A stretch of 64,000 nucleotides of DNA from an uncultured Verrucomicrobiae bacterium (GTDB taxonomy: Bacteria; Verrucomicrobiota; Verrucomicrobiia; Chthoniobacterales; JAATET01): assembly GCA_963719495.1 (NCBI GenBank), contig CAVRCI010000002.1:32001-96000 (forward strand). Reading direction: 5' to 3'. Below, piece after piece: positions 21,468-32,345 of the stretch (its first letter is position 1; every line of letters begins with the position of its first letter). The notes below the pieces were generated by a model. It was not told where the DNA came from. It did not search any database and was given only the letters and a program-made list of their open reading frames with translations. The position numbers and the translations under genes are program-made.

Positions 21468-21986
21468 ATGAAACGACCATTCGTTACAAATGCCACTTAT
21501 CTGGAAAGACCTTTTTTCGTGCGCCAAGTCGAGAGTCATCTCTTTTTTGGTCCGGTATCTCGTTTTTTCGATTTGGCGTATCTCGTTTTCGCCGTTGCAG
21601 CCGGAAGTCTAGTCTATTTCCTTTTTCTCACTGAGAAATCAATCTTTCAGTATATTTCAAGTTTAGCGGACAAACTCGTGTTTCTAGCTGTCCCATTTGT
21701 CATGCTCGGTTTGACGCGTCGCCAACAAGCAGTTCTAGGTTGGATATCAGTAAAAGTTTCGTTTGCGATCGCCGCGTTAATCATGGCTACGGTCGGCAGT
21801 ATAACGAGCTTTTCCAAAAATCAAACTGACGCACTACCCAATCTGTTTCTTGGATTGATTTGGATCCCATGGATAGAGTTTATCCCTTCCGTCACATCGT
21901 CACAGTGGCTTGTTACTAGTAGTCGGTTTATCCTTTCACTCCCATGCGTCTATTTCGGGATTCAAAGCGGCTATTGGCATTGGTAA
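21468..21986 (+). CDS. Hypothetical membrane protein
   Basis: Fills the cassette; several hydrophobic segments. Confidence 0.8.
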   Translation: MKRPFVTNATYLERPFFVRQVESHLFFGPVSRFFDLAYLVFAVAAGSLVYFLFLTEKSIFQYISSLADKLVFLAVPFVMLGLTRRQQAVLGWISVKVSFAIAALIMATVGSITSFSKNQTDALPNLFLGLIWIPWIEFIPSVTSSQWLVTSSRFILSLPCVYFGIQSGYWHW

Positions 21987-22165
21987 ATACATGCCGAACA
22001 GGGCGCTGCAGCCAACCCCTAGCCGCTTCGCTGGCTGGGGTTGCTCGAACCCGCTATCGGCAGTTCACCTCAGGGTTGGCCCGGTTGCCCGTTCAGGGTG
22101 GCTGAGCTTGACGTTCGGTCATAAAGAGTTCGATTCGCACGGTTTGTCTTGCTGTAATCCAGTAA

Positions 22166-22726
22166 ATGACCGCGAAACGCTTCTATGACTGGCAGACCGC
22201 CGGTGGCACTGACGATGTGATGCGTCTCACATCCTGCCTTGAGCGGGCAGATATTGCTTGGTGCGCAATCGGAGGTGTCGCCGTGAATCACTGGGCCGAC
22301 GAGCCAATGGTGACTCAGGATGTTGATTTTGTTGTAGCGACTGAATCAATCCAGTCGACGGTCTACGCGCTTGAGAGGGAAGGATTCAGGAGCAAGACTT
22401 TTGAGTGGTCGATCAATTTTACCGGATCATCTCGGGTGAGCATTCAGCTCAGCACGGAGGACTTCTATCGAGAGTTCCCCGCACGCGCGGTCCCAGCAGA
22501 TGTTCACGGAATCCTTCTCAGAGTAGCATCGTTGGCTGATACTCTCTCCGGCAAGATCAAGGCTTGGTCGGCGCCGGAACGCAGACAAAGCAAGCGAATC
22601 AAAGATCTCGGGGATATCTCAAGACTCGTTGAGGCACACCCTCACTTGTGGAAGATGCTTCCAACAAAGCTGCAGGCACAAATTGATAATCCTGAGACCG
22701 AACAAGGCGCTGCAGCCAACCCCTAG
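22166..22726 (+). CDS. Nucleotidyltransferase-fold protein
   Basis: IGGVAV...TQDVDF...K...KDLGD motifs. Confidence 0.75.
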   Translation: MTAKRFYDWQTAGGTDDVMRLTSCLERADIAWCAIGGVAVNHWADEPMVTQDVDFVVATESIQSTVYALEREGFRSKTFEWSINFTGSSRVSIQLSTEDFYREFPARAVPADVHGILLRVASLADTLSGKIKAWSAPERRQSKRIKDLGDISRLVEAHPHLWKMLPTKLQAQIDNPETEQGAAANP

Positions 22727-22831
22727 CCGCTTCGCTGGCTGGGATTGCTCGGTCCCGCTACCGGCAGCTCACCTCAAGGTTGGCTTGGTCGCCCGCTCAG
22801 GGTGGCTGAGCTTGACGTTCGGTCATATACT

Positions 22832-23296
22832 ATGAATACCAGCAAACGAGCATTCTTGTGCGCAGCACTTGCATCAATGGCGCTTTCAATTTCTGCAGAG
22901 GACAACGCCCACGATTATGTCAAGCCAAACTACGAAGTGGAATTGGCTAGGAGAGAGTATCAAACTAAACTGTATGCCGCATTTCGCAGCGATTCGATCA
23001 TATCAAAAGAACTTCCTGAAGATTTCCGGTTAAGTGGTTTAGCATACGGAGGCCTTGAAATCCAATTTTACAGGACCACATCTACGGAAGCACAACAGAA
23101 AATTATTGAGATCATACAAGCTACGATAAGCGACAGTCTTTTCCTCAATGCACGGATTGAATTCTATGAAGACCGCATCACAACCTCTAGTCCTGGACGC
23201 AATGGCAGACAATTCGAATCGCTATTGAGGACGATTTCAATCGGGGAACCATACGAACACAATTCGACCGAACAAGGCGCTGCAGCCAACCCCTAG
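22832..23296 (+). CDS. Hypothetical secreted protein
   Basis: ATG just after the attC; signal peptide; stop inside the attC. Confidence 0.75.
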   Translation: MNTSKRAFLCAALASMALSISAEDNAHDYVKPNYEVELARREYQTKLYAAFRSDSIISKELPEDFRLSGLAYGGLEIQFYRTTSTEAQQKIIEIIQATISDSLFLNARIEFYEDRITTSSPGRNGRQFESLLRTISIGEPYEHNSTEQGAAANP

Positions 23297-23387
23297 CCGC
23301 TTCGCTGGCTGGGGTTGATCGGTCCCGCTACTGGCAGCTCACCTCAAGGTTGGCTTGGTTGCCCGCTCAGGGTGGCTGAGCTTGACG

Positions 23388-23635
23388 GTCGCCTAATATA
23401 TAGATTTGAACGCCCGGTTTAGGAACATCACGGTTGGATTCTCCAAGTATTGTTCTCCTTATCTCTGCTCCGTTCGGCGCTACGCTGCTCTACTGGTGAC
23501 CTCGTTTGTCTGTCTTCTTCAGCCACGTTTTCACCATCACGAGGAGATATTTGAACGCCTCTAGTGATTCGGACCTCACTCAGCAAATCACCCTCTTCCC
23601 AACTTCCGTATCTTGTTCCTGCCGGACGCTATTAA
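23388..23635 (+). other. 5' part of the split family B cassette
   Basis: Ends with the reverse complement of the TSD at 14650-14665. Confidence 0.85.
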
Positions 23636-25122
23636 TGTCGGGGCCTGTTCAAAAGTGAACGGAGACTGTTCAAAAGCGGAATGAGAGACTGTTCAAAAGT
23701 GGATTGGGGGTTTTGGGGCGTTGTATTGGGAGACGCGGGAAACGCCTCGGAGGAGGCCGGAGCGTAGCGGAGGCTGACGGAGAGGCGCTTCCCGCGTGCG
23801 CGCCTGCTCCCCGGCCCCAGTGCCCCAAGGATACCAGCCGTTGGGGTGAAGCGTTTGTGGAACGCGCTGGCTTGCGCGCTCGCCTGGTCGATTATCCCGG
23901 ATTGAAAAGAAGCAGATTACCCACCGTCTCCCGCCAGATTTTGTCCGTCGCACACTTGCAGATTTCAATGCAGGACTTCTCGATGCCAGCAATGCCGCAA
24001 GCCAGTTAGGCATCGGCAAAACCAGGCTCTATGAACTCCGCACGGCCTACCTCGCAAATCGTAATTCCTACGCCCCGGCTGCCAGCGGGGGCGCTCGTCG
24101 CGCCGACTGGCCGCCCGAAGTTGAACGCTTTCTCCAAGAGTTTCTGCCGCTTCAGAACCCACCCAATTACCAGTTAGTCGCCGACGAACTTGAGCGACTC
24201 TGCGGATTCGTTCGGGCGCGCTCGGTCGTCGAGACCCACGTCAAAGCGCGCTACGCCCATCTGGTGCCCTCGCCGACCCGCAAGCCTCGCGTTTATCGGC
24301 GCTTCCGTCGCGCTCGCATCGGCGAACTTTGGCAGCACGACAGTTCGATCCACCAATGGTGGCCCGCCGCCGCTAAACAGACTTTACTGCTCACCGTCGA
24401 CGACCATTCGGGCCTGAATCTAGCAGGTCGCTTCGTGGAATCCGATACCACTTGGAACCATTTCGGACATTTCCGCGAATCCTTCGAGACCTGGGGCCTG
24501 CCGCAGATCGTTTACACTGATGGCCTCAGCCTCTTCGGGCCAAGTTCCAGCGGCGATCACTGCGATCCTAAGAGTGAATTCCAACGCGCCCTCCGCGGAC
24601 TCGGCGTCGCTCACTTAGTGGCACCGACCCCACAAGCTAAGGGTAAGATCGAGCGCCGTTTCGGGACTTTCCAGAGACGGCTCGTCACACTACTCGCCCA
24701 TGCCAGCGCCAAAACTTGGCCCCAGGCCGACGAAATTCTTCAGATGGAGATTGCCAGGCAGAACCGTACCGTCAATCGCTCCACCGGCAAGGTCCCGCTC
24801 CATCTGTGGGAAGCGCAGTCGCTTGGCGACAGCGGGCGCATGCGCCCCATCCCGCCTTCCGCGCTCCTAGACTTACACCTCTCAATCCGCTGCTCCCGCC
24901 GGGTGAACAATGACCACACCATCGACTTCGATGGCTCCAACTACGAGATCTCCAACACCCAGCGCAAGAGCGTCACCATCGTCCACCATCCCGGAAGCCG
25001 TTTCTGGGTCGTCGAACACCCTCCCAAAACCGTCTGGCCCCCCATTCTAGGCCACTTCAGCCTCTAAAATCGCTGTTCGCTTTTGAACAGGCGAGAATTC
25101 CGCTTTTGAACAGTCGCCGACA
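23636..25122 (+). mobile_element. IS1202-like element, uninterrupted copy, 1487 bp
   Basis: TGT...ACA ends; three left and two right CTGTTCAAAAG repeats; 16-bp TSDs. Confidence 0.85.
23901..25067 (+). CDS. rve/DDE transposase with N-terminal HTH (start uncertain)
   Basis: GELWQHDSS, VDDHS, YTDG and PQAKGKIERRFGTFQRRL motifs; frame open from 23850 and includes AASQLGIGKTRLYELR. Confidence 0.8.
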   Translation: MEKKQITHRLPPDFVRRTLADFNAGLLDASNAASQLGIGKTRLYELRTAYLANRNSYAPAASGGARRADWPPEVERFLQEFLPLQNPPNYQLVADELERLCGFVRARSVVETHVKARYAHLVPSPTRKPRVYRRFRRARIGELWQHDSSIHQWWPAAAKQTLLLTVDDHSGLNLAGRFVESDTTWNHFGHFRESFETWGLPQIVYTDGLSLFGPSSSGDHCDPKSEFQRALRGLGVAHLVAPTPQAKGKIERRFGTFQRRLVTLLAHASAKTWPQADEILQMEIARQNRTVNRSTGKVPLHLWEAQSLGDSGRMRPIPPSALLDLHLSIRCSRRVNNDHTIDFDGSNYEISNTQRKSVTIVHHPGSRFWVVEHPPKTVWPPILGHFSL

Positions 25123-25390
25123 CATCTACACCATAAAGTTGTAAACCCTGGAATTTTCTGGTTCGCTTGTCGATGATAGCGCCATCTGGATTCGTGGCCT
25201 TAATGTAGACGGAAACCGAAACTGAATTGAACGTATTTTGATCAATATTCAACAATACTAAAAATGATCCAATTGGTCTTTCCCAATTCAATTCTGCGGG
25301 CGGAGAATCTAAAATGTAAAAGGACGATTCATTGGCGAAAGATATCTGAGTGAAAGTGACAAAGGTGAGTATCGGTAAAAAGAATCGCAT
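25123..25390 (-). pseudogene. 5' half of the split secreted-protein gene
   Basis: Signal peptide; joins 17470-17727. Confidence 0.85.
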
Positions 25391-25590
25391 GAGGAAAGAT
25401 TTAAACAGCTAGTTTCGAGATTTAGTATTATCCGCCGGAGGCTACTGAATTGTGTATAGCCGAACGTCAAGCTCAGCCACCCTGAGCGGGCAATCAAGCC
25501 AACCCTGAGGTGAGCTGCCAGTAGCGGGACCGAGCAACCCCAGCCAGCGAAGCGGCTAGGGGTTGGCTGCAGCGCCTTGTTCGGCTCATT

Positions 25591-26073
25591 TTATTCGAAG
25601 AGATGGTCACGCAACCGGGGAACAGGCTCATTTGGAAACAACTTTGTAAAACGCTTGATGTATTTGGTTGAGAGTTTTGACTGTCCCGACAATTGAAGCA
25701 CGGATATGAGTTCAAGATGTGCGTCGTGCTCTTTCGGGTAGTGCTCTAGAAGCTTCTGATACTCTTGTATAGCCTCTGGATATCTCCTCTCTTTAGCATA
25801 GAGGCAAGGAAGGATATATGAGAGCTTTGGTTTTTTAAAGCGGGCGTCGGGGAAGACCAATGTTGTGAATAATCGGCTGCAAAATTCGCACAACCTCGTA
25901 ACGGTCTCAGGAGCAACCAATAAGACTGCTGCGATTAACGCAGCAAACCCAATGATTAGATAACCCGCGGCTCCCAAACCTGGTATCTTCAAAGCTCGGC
26001 CCATTGAACTCACGAAAAAGTAAGAGCACCCTGCGGCGGCACCCCAGCGGAATATCACGGATGCATTTCTCAT
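25591..26073 (-). CDS. Membrane protein with a TPR-like C-terminus
   Basis: Hydrophobic N-terminus; YPEAIQEYQKLLEHYP. Confidence 0.7.
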   Translation of the reverse strand: MRNASVIFRWGAAAGCSYFFVSSMGRALKIPGLGAAGYLIIGFAALIAAVLLVAPETVTRLCEFCSRLFTTLVFPDARFKKPKLSYILPCLYAKERRYPEAIQEYQKLLEHYPKEHDAHLELISVLQLSGQSKLSTKYIKRFTKLFPNEPVPRLRDHLFE

Positions 26074-26211
26074 TGTATTCAGAGCCGAACGTCAAGCTCA
26101 GCCACCCCGAACGGGTATTTGAGCCAATCCTGAGGTGAGCTGCCGGTGGCGGGTTCGAGCAACCCCAGCCAGCGAAGCGGCTAGGGGTTGGCTGCAGCGC
26201 CTTGTTCGGCT

Positions 26212-26709
26212 TCAGAATCCCGTCATCTTTTCGGAAATAGACTTCAAGAAATCCCTGCGTTCCGCGAGACGTTGATCGGATTCAGGAGTGATGAGTCCGT
26301 CGGCATTTATAAAGTAGAGCTCAAATAACATATCTCCGGAGTCGAGTAGCGAGATGCTGTCGAAACGCCCATCCGCATCAATGTCGGAGCGAGTCAGTCT
26401 CATGGTCGCATCGGGATAATACAACTCGGAACGCTTTCCATCTGCCTCCGTTGCGTAGAAAATCTTCGAATCTCCTCTGTAAATAATCTGTTCGATGTGA
26501 ATGTAACGCGGCGGACCTGAGTGTGTTGTAATAACGCGCGATAGAATAACGACTCCATTACGTTTCCAAGTCCAGCGCTCAACATCTTGTTCTTTCGGGA
26601 GGAAAGCAACTTTGCCTTTCATGTCTTTGGAATCAGAGTGTTCAAGCTCCAGTTGCGCAGGCATGGTCAGAGGAAATAGTCCGAAGATTGCCAAAATGAG
26701 GATTTTCAT
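26212..26709 (-). CDS. Hypothetical secreted protein
   Basis: MKILILAIF signal peptide; DIDADGRFD Ca-loop-like motif. Confidence 0.75.
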   Translation of the reverse strand: MKILILAIFGLFPLTMPAQLELEHSDSKDMKGKVAFLPKEQDVERWTWKRNGVVILSRVITTHSGPPRYIHIEQIIYRGDSKIFYATEADGKRSELYYPDATMRLTRSDIDADGRFDSISLLDSGDMLFELYFINADGLITPESDQRLAERRDFLKSISEKMTGF

Positions 26710-26814
26710 ATCATTGAGCCGAACGTCAAGCTCAGCCACCCTGAGCGGGTGATCGAGCCAACCCTGAGGTGAACTGCCGGTAGCGGGTTCGAGCAACCCC
26801 AGCCAGCGAAGCGG

Positions 26815-27087
26815 CTAGGGGTTGGCTGCAGCGCCTTGTTGGACACGCATTTCATTCTGTCCAAAGTCGCCAAATGCAATCCCTCGAAATGACAGGTCTT
26901 CGTCAAGCTCGGACCAATGGATACCAAATGGTGAAAGCTCGTATTGTCTGAGCTGTGTGTCTGTTGCTGACGCTAATCGTGGATTCTCCGAAACTGGAAA
27001 CTTCAACTTGCTGCCATCCGTCATTGAAATGATAACATGACGATTGGAGATCAGTGCTGACAATGGTCTATTGATTAAGGTGTTCAT
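26815..27087 (-). CDS. DUF2442 protein
   Basis: PRLASAT...GIHWSELDEDLS. Confidence 0.85.
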   Translation of the reverse strand: MNTLINRPLSALISNRHVIISMTDGSKLKFPVSENPRLASATDTQLRQYELSPFGIHWSELDEDLSFRGIAFGDFGQNEMRVQQGAAANP

Positions 27088-27304
27088 TCCAAACTTTGAC
27101 GATGAGTTCCTTGTTTTCCTCTGCGAGTTCTTGCGCTTTCGATAATTCTTTAACCTTCAGTCCAGATGATTCACGCAACTCCACAATAATATCAAGGTTA
27201 AAAACCGCTTCCCCTCCACCCTTTCGGACGTGAACGTGAATCGGTTCATGATCATTGCTGTAGAAAAAGAATTTGAATCCGTCTTTTTTGAAAACAACAG
27301 GCAT
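27068..27304 (-). CDS. DUF4160 protein
   Basis: GFKFFFYSNDHEPIHVHV. Confidence 0.9.
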   Translation of the reverse strand: MPVVFKKDGFKFFFYSNDHEPIHVHVRKGGGEAVFNLDIIVELRESSGLKVKELSKAQELAEENKELIVKVWNEHLNQ

Positions 27305-27446
27305 ATTTGAGAAATACAGTCTTACCTGTGCCCGCGCACGTAAATTCTCGTGGCGGGCTTCCCCCAGTGCTGCCTGATTAATTTGCGCGATGTAATTGCG
27401 TCTTGTCGGCTCGGCGGCTGCACTTCATCCGCCAGGGGCTGTCCAA

Positions 27447-27875
27447 CGTCAAGCTCAGCCACCCTGAGCGGGCAATCAAGGTCAAGCTCAGCCACCCTGA
27501 GCGGGCAATCAAGCCAACCCTGAGGTGAGCTGCCAATAGCGGGACCGAGCAACCCCAGCCAGCGAAGCGGCTGGGGGTTGGCTGCAGCGCCTTGTTCGGA
27601 TCCGCCTGTCCGTGGTCCCGTCGGATCTGCTATCTACAGCCTTGCTCATTGTCTAGCCGACTGATGATCGAGCCATACCAACGAGTGACACTGATGCGGG
27701 TTGATGGGGAAATACGCTACGCATGGGCTGGGTAAAAATACCTTGGTTTGGGCTTTCGGATACTCAAAGCAACCTCATTGTGAACACCTTCCGAATACGC
27801 CAATTTTATACAAAGCAAATCACGAACGATCTATTTTGCAATTTGGGCGTCCAGAAACTGGGGCATAGGTCCGAA
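27447..27875 (-). other. Family C cassette; attC has a 33-bp tandem duplication
   Basis: 27448-27480 is repeated at 27481-27513. Confidence 0.8.
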
Positions 27876-28806
27876 CGTCAAGCTCAGCCACCCTGAGCGG
27901 GGCAACGAACGTCTAGGCAAGGTGTTTGCTGGAAGGGGGATCGGTCGGCCAAGGCTTGCCGCAGGCCGGCTAGGGGTTGGCTGCAGCGCCTTGTTCGTCG
28001 GAAACGGTGACTGCACAATGGAGGACCTGAGCGTCCGACAGGCTGACGATGATCAAATCCAGCAAGCGGCTTCGTTAGAGCATTCAGTCGAAGAGGCCTC
28101 TGTGGTCCAGATTGACGACGCATTATAACTATATTGCTCGTGACACGAGAAGGGCGGAACGGATTCTGGATTGGTCTACTCTTGCCGCGTGAGCGCCCCA
28201 AGCGTGCATGGCAGGCGAAAAACCCTTGGGGTCGAATCGGGAGTGATCAATGGAAAGCCAGAATCGTGCTCAATCGTATGCCGAAGGGAATCGAGCAACT
28301 CTAAACTTTCCCTTGATTTCAACCCCAATAAATCAGGCGAACGTCAAGCTCAGCCACCCTAAGCGGAGCAACGAACGTCTAGGCAAGGTGTTTGCCGGAA
28401 GGGGATCGGTCGGCCAAGGCTTGGCGCAGGCCGGCTAGGGGTTGGCTGCAGCGCCTTGTTCGTCGGAAACGGTGACTGCACAATGGATGACCCGATCGTC
28501 CGACAGGCCGACGATGGTCAAACCCAGCAAGCGGCTTCGTTAGAGCATTCAGTAGAAGAGGCTTCTGTGGTCCAGATTGACTTCGCATTATGAATATATT
28601 GCTCGTGACACGAGAAGGGCGGAACGGATTCTGGATGGATCTACTCATGCCGCGTGAGCGCCCCAAGCGTGCATGGCAGGCGAATAATTCTTGGGGTCGA
28701 ATCGGGAGCGATCAATAGAAAACCAGAATCGTGCTCAACCGTATGCCGAAGGGAATCGAACAACTCTGAACCTTCCCTTGATCTCAACCCCAATAAATCA
28801 GGCGAA
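27876..28806 (-). other. Two tandem family A cassettes (27876-28341, 28342-28806)
   Basis: Repeat copies. Confidence 0.8.
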
Positions 28807-28934
28807 CGTCAAGCTCAGCCACCCTGAGCGGGCAATCAAGCCAACCCTGAGGTGAGCTGCCGGTAGCGGGTCCGAGCAACCCCAGCCAGCGAAGCGGCTA
28901 GGGGTTGGCTGCAGCGCCTTGTTCGGCTGTATTT

Positions 28935-29315
28935 TTATGCTGCAAGTAGTGGTCCTGAGGCGACAAGCTTCTTTTTCCGAGGATCTACTACAAGCGTGAG
29001 TCCTTCAAGCGTTCGAGCACCGAGCAACGTCATATCTCCTGGTTCGGCAAATACTACTTCGTCGATAGTGAAAAACTTATTTACTCTGACGACGGCGAAT
29101 CCAACACTTCGTGTTATTCTTTGTCCATTTGCCATGACAAATGATAAGTCCTTCTTTTCTCGAGTAACTCCTATTTTCTCAAGAGTCTTTGAACGAATCC
29201 ATGTATATTCGCTTCCTGTGTCCACCAACGCACGAGGAATCGTGGTTGTTTGGTCGCGATTAATATGATTCTCCAGCTTGCAGCCGACGTGAAATGTGCC
29301 CATACGAAAAGTCAT
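28935..29315 (-). CDS. Retroviral-like (clan AA) aspartyl protease
   Basis: ALVDTGSEYT and LLGARTLE motifs. Confidence 0.85.
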   Translation of the reverse strand: MTFRMGTFHVGCKLENHINRDQTTTIPRALVDTGSEYTWIRSKTLEKIGVTREKKDLSFVMANGQRITRSVGFAVVRVNKFFTIDEVVFAEPGDMTLLGARTLEGLTLVVDPRKKKLVASGPLLAA

Positions 29316-30123
29316 ACGGGAAGTTCACATGGAGCGCAAGGGCGATTGAGATTTCTGTCGGCGACTGTTCAAAAGCGGAATTCTCGCCTGTTCAAAAGCG
29401 AACAGCGATTTTAGAGGCTGAAGTGGCCTAGAATGGGGGGCCAGACGGTTTTGGGAGGGTGTTCGACGACCCAGAAACGGCTTCCGGGATGGTGGACGAT
29501 GGTGACGCTCTTGCGCTGGGTGTTGGAGATCTCGTAGTTGGAGCCATCGAAGTCGATGGTGTGGTCATTGTTCACCCGGCGGGAGCAGCGGATTGAGAGG
29601 TGTAAGTCTAGGAGCGCGGAAGGCGGGATGGGGCGCATGCGCCCGCTGTCGCCAAGCGACTGCGCTTCCCACAGATGGAGCGGGACCTTGCCGGTGGAGC
29701 GATTGACGGTACGGTTCTGCCTGGCAATCTCCATCTGAAGAATTTCGTCGGCCTGGGGCCAAGTTTTGGCGCTGGCATGGGCGAGTAGTGTGACGAGCCG
29801 TCTCTGGAAAGTCCCGAAACGGCGCTCGATCTTACCCTTAGCTTGTGGGGTCGGTGCCACTAAGTGAGCGACGCCGAGTCCGCGGAGGGCGCGTTGGAAT
29901 TCACTCTTAGGATCGCAGTGATCGCCGCTGGAACTTGGCCCGAAGAGGCTGAGGCCATCAGTGTAAACGATCTGCGGCAGGCCCCAGGTCTCGAAGGATT
30001 CGCGGAAATGTCCGAAATGGTTCCAAGTGGTATCGGATTCCACGAAGCGACCTGCTAGATTCAGGCCCGAATGGTCGTCGACGGTGAGCAGTAAAGTCTG
30101 TTTAGCGGCGGCGGGCCACCATT

Positions 30124-31432
30124 GGCTCTTCTGGGATTACAGTGGGAAAAGATCGAGCCTACCGAGGAAGAAGAGGATTCTGGTTCGGTAGTTGAGGAAG
30201 GAACGGAACCCACGGGCGGCGGACTTGAGGGATTGGATTCGTGAATTGAGAGCTTCGGTAGCCGCGTTGGTGATGCGATGGCGCAGGAAGGTGATGATGT
30301 TCTCAAAGTGGTTTTTGAGGGTTTTGGCCACCTTCTTGATGGGTTCAAGCTGGGAGCGGCGAGCCCAGCCATACCAAGCCGCGAAGAACTTGCGGGCATT
30401 GGCCTCGTAGCGGAAGTTCCAGAAGCGGCGGAGGTTTTCCTTGATGGCCCAGGCGCGAGCGCTCTTGAGATCGGAGTCACGCAGTTGAGAAAAGCGAGCA
30501 ACATCCTCCTCTCTGAGATGATCGGGGTTGTAGCCGAAGAGGCGCTGGGTGCCTTTGAGGCGTTCGTCTCCCATGGCTTGCAGGCGTTTGTTTTCGGCGC
30601 GCACGACCTGGCTCACCGCTTTGTTGAGATGGGCGCTGATGTGGTAGCGGTCGTGGACCAGATCAGCCTGCGGGGCGTAGTCTGCGACGCTGGCACCAAA
30701 ATGCCCGCTCATGTCGGCGGCCACGGCTTTCAAGTCCGCGGTGACATCCTCGGGCAGGCATTGCCAAAGGACTGCCGCGCTCTGCTTGTCGTTGCCGTCA
30801 GTGACTTCCAGCACCCGGCTGCCTTCCAGATCAGTCATGAGCGAAATGTAGCTCTGCCCACCGCCGAAGCTCTTTTCATCGAGTCCGGCGTAGCGCAATC
30901 CACTCAGATCGCGACGCTCAAGCCCCCGCTCGACGGCCCGTCGCATGATCCCGTGAACTTGATCCCAGCTCAGTCCCAGCAGTCGTGCCGCCGCACTCAC
31001 CGTCGAGCACGCTCGGATCACTTCGATGGCAAAACGCTCGTAGAGCAGCGTAAAGCGGCTGCCCTTCCCCGCCCACGGCACCGGCACGCTTTCCACCCGC
31101 CCATCCGGTAGCCGCAGCCGCGGCACTCGCGCCGCCAGCAACGTCTCGAACCCGCACGTATCCATGTGCTTCCAGAAGCGTTCGACATGGTCGTGGCACG
31201 GAAGTCGATGCTCCCCATCCTCACTGGCCCACAACGTCCCCGGCTCATATCCGAGCCGGACCACCACCCGCTTCTCGCTCACGGCCAAGTCCACCTCTTC
31301 AACCGCCCATGGACTCTTCAATCCCAGGATCTGCGTGTAAAACTCTGTATCCTTCATCGCCCTCCTTCCTACCCGCATCCACCACCTCCGTTCAAACCCT
31401 CTTCACTTTCCCACTGTAAACCCAGAAGAGCC
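30124..31432 (-). mobile_element. ISL3-family element
   Basis: Same site and TSD (CCACCATT) as 15434-16742. Confidence 0.95.
30137..31378 (-). CDS. ISL3 transposase
   Basis: Same protein as 15447-16688. Confidence 0.95.
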   Translation of the reverse strand: MRVGRRAMKDTEFYTQILGLKSPWAVEEVDLAVSEKRVVVRLGYEPGTLWASEDGEHRLPCHDHVERFWKHMDTCGFETLLAARVPRLRLPDGRVESVPVPWAGKGSRFTLLYERFAIEVIRACSTVSAAARLLGLSWDQVHGIMRRAVERGLERRDLSGLRYAGLDEKSFGGGQSYISLMTDLEGSRVLEVTDGNDKQSAAVLWQCLPEDVTADLKAVAADMSGHFGASVADYAPQADLVHDRYHISAHLNKAVSQVVRAENKRLQAMGDERLKGTQRLFGYNPDHLREEDVARFSQLRDSDLKSARAWAIKENLRRFWNFRYEANARKFFAAWYGWARRSQLEPIKKVAKTLKNHFENIITFLRHRITNAATEALNSRIQSLKSAARGFRSFLNYRTRILFFLGRLDLFPL

Positions 31433-32345
31433 CCACCATTGGTGGATCGAACTGTCGTGCTGCCAAAGTTCGCCGATGCGAGCGCGACGGAAGCGCCGAT
31501 AAACGCGAGGCTTGCGGGTCGGCGAGGGCACCAGATGGGCGTAGCGCGCTTTGACGTGGGTCTCGACGACCGAGCGCGCCCGAACGAATCCGCAGAGTCG
31601 CTCAAGTTCGTCGGCGACTAACTGGTAATTGGGTGGGTTCTGAAGCGGCAGAAACTCTTGGAGAAAGCGTTCAACTTCGGGCGGCCAGTCGGCGCGACGA
31701 GCGCCCCCGCTGGCAGCCGGGGCGTAGGAATTACGATTTGCGAGGTAGGCCGTGCGGAGTTCATAGAGCCTGGTTTTGCCGATGCCTAACTGGCTTGCGG
31801 CATTGCTGGCATCGAGAAGTCCTGCATTGAAATCTGCAAGTGTGCGACGGACAAAATCTGGCGGGAGACGGTGGGTAATCTGCTTCTTTTCAATCCGGGA
31901 TAATCGACCAGGCGAGCGCGCAAGCCAGCGCGTTCCACAAACGCTTCACCCCAACGGCTGGTATCCTTGGGGCACTGGGGCCGGGGAGCAGGCGCGCACG
32001 CGGGAAGCGCCTCTCCGTCAGCCTCCGCTACGCTCCGGCCTCCTCCGAGGCGCTTCCCGCGTCTCCCAATACAACGCCCCAAAACCCCCAATCCACTTTT
32101 GAACAGTCTCTCATTCCGCTTTTGAACAGTCTCCGTTCACTTTTGAACAGGCCCCGACAGGGCGATTGAGATTTCTTCAGCGCTTGCTTTTGATGCCGGA
32201 TGAGTGCGATCCGCATTCGCATAAAGCCGAACGTCAAGCTCAGCCACCCCGAACGGGCAACCGAATCTGTCTGGTGATCTTCTGGAAGTTAAGGGTCCGC
32301 GCAACCCCAAGAGCGAAGCGGCTAGGGGTTGGCTGTAGCGCCTTG

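Larger units (their letters stand above)
17697..23393 (+). repeat. Integron cassette array, inverted block: 10 attC sites on plus strand
   Basis: Same attC repeat in opposite orientation; ORFs also switch to the plus strand. Confidence 0.95.
29356..32159 (-). mobile_element. IS1202-like element with nested ISL3, inserted in the leader of the protease cassette
   Basis: 16-bp TSD GGGCGATTGAGATTTC at 29340-29355 and 32160-32175. Confidence 0.9.

Noticed and set aside
26901..26912. CGTCAAGCTC attC-like fragment inside the DUF2442 gene
   Set aside because: It encodes the conserved ELDEDL motif and lacks the rest of an attC; probably coincidental
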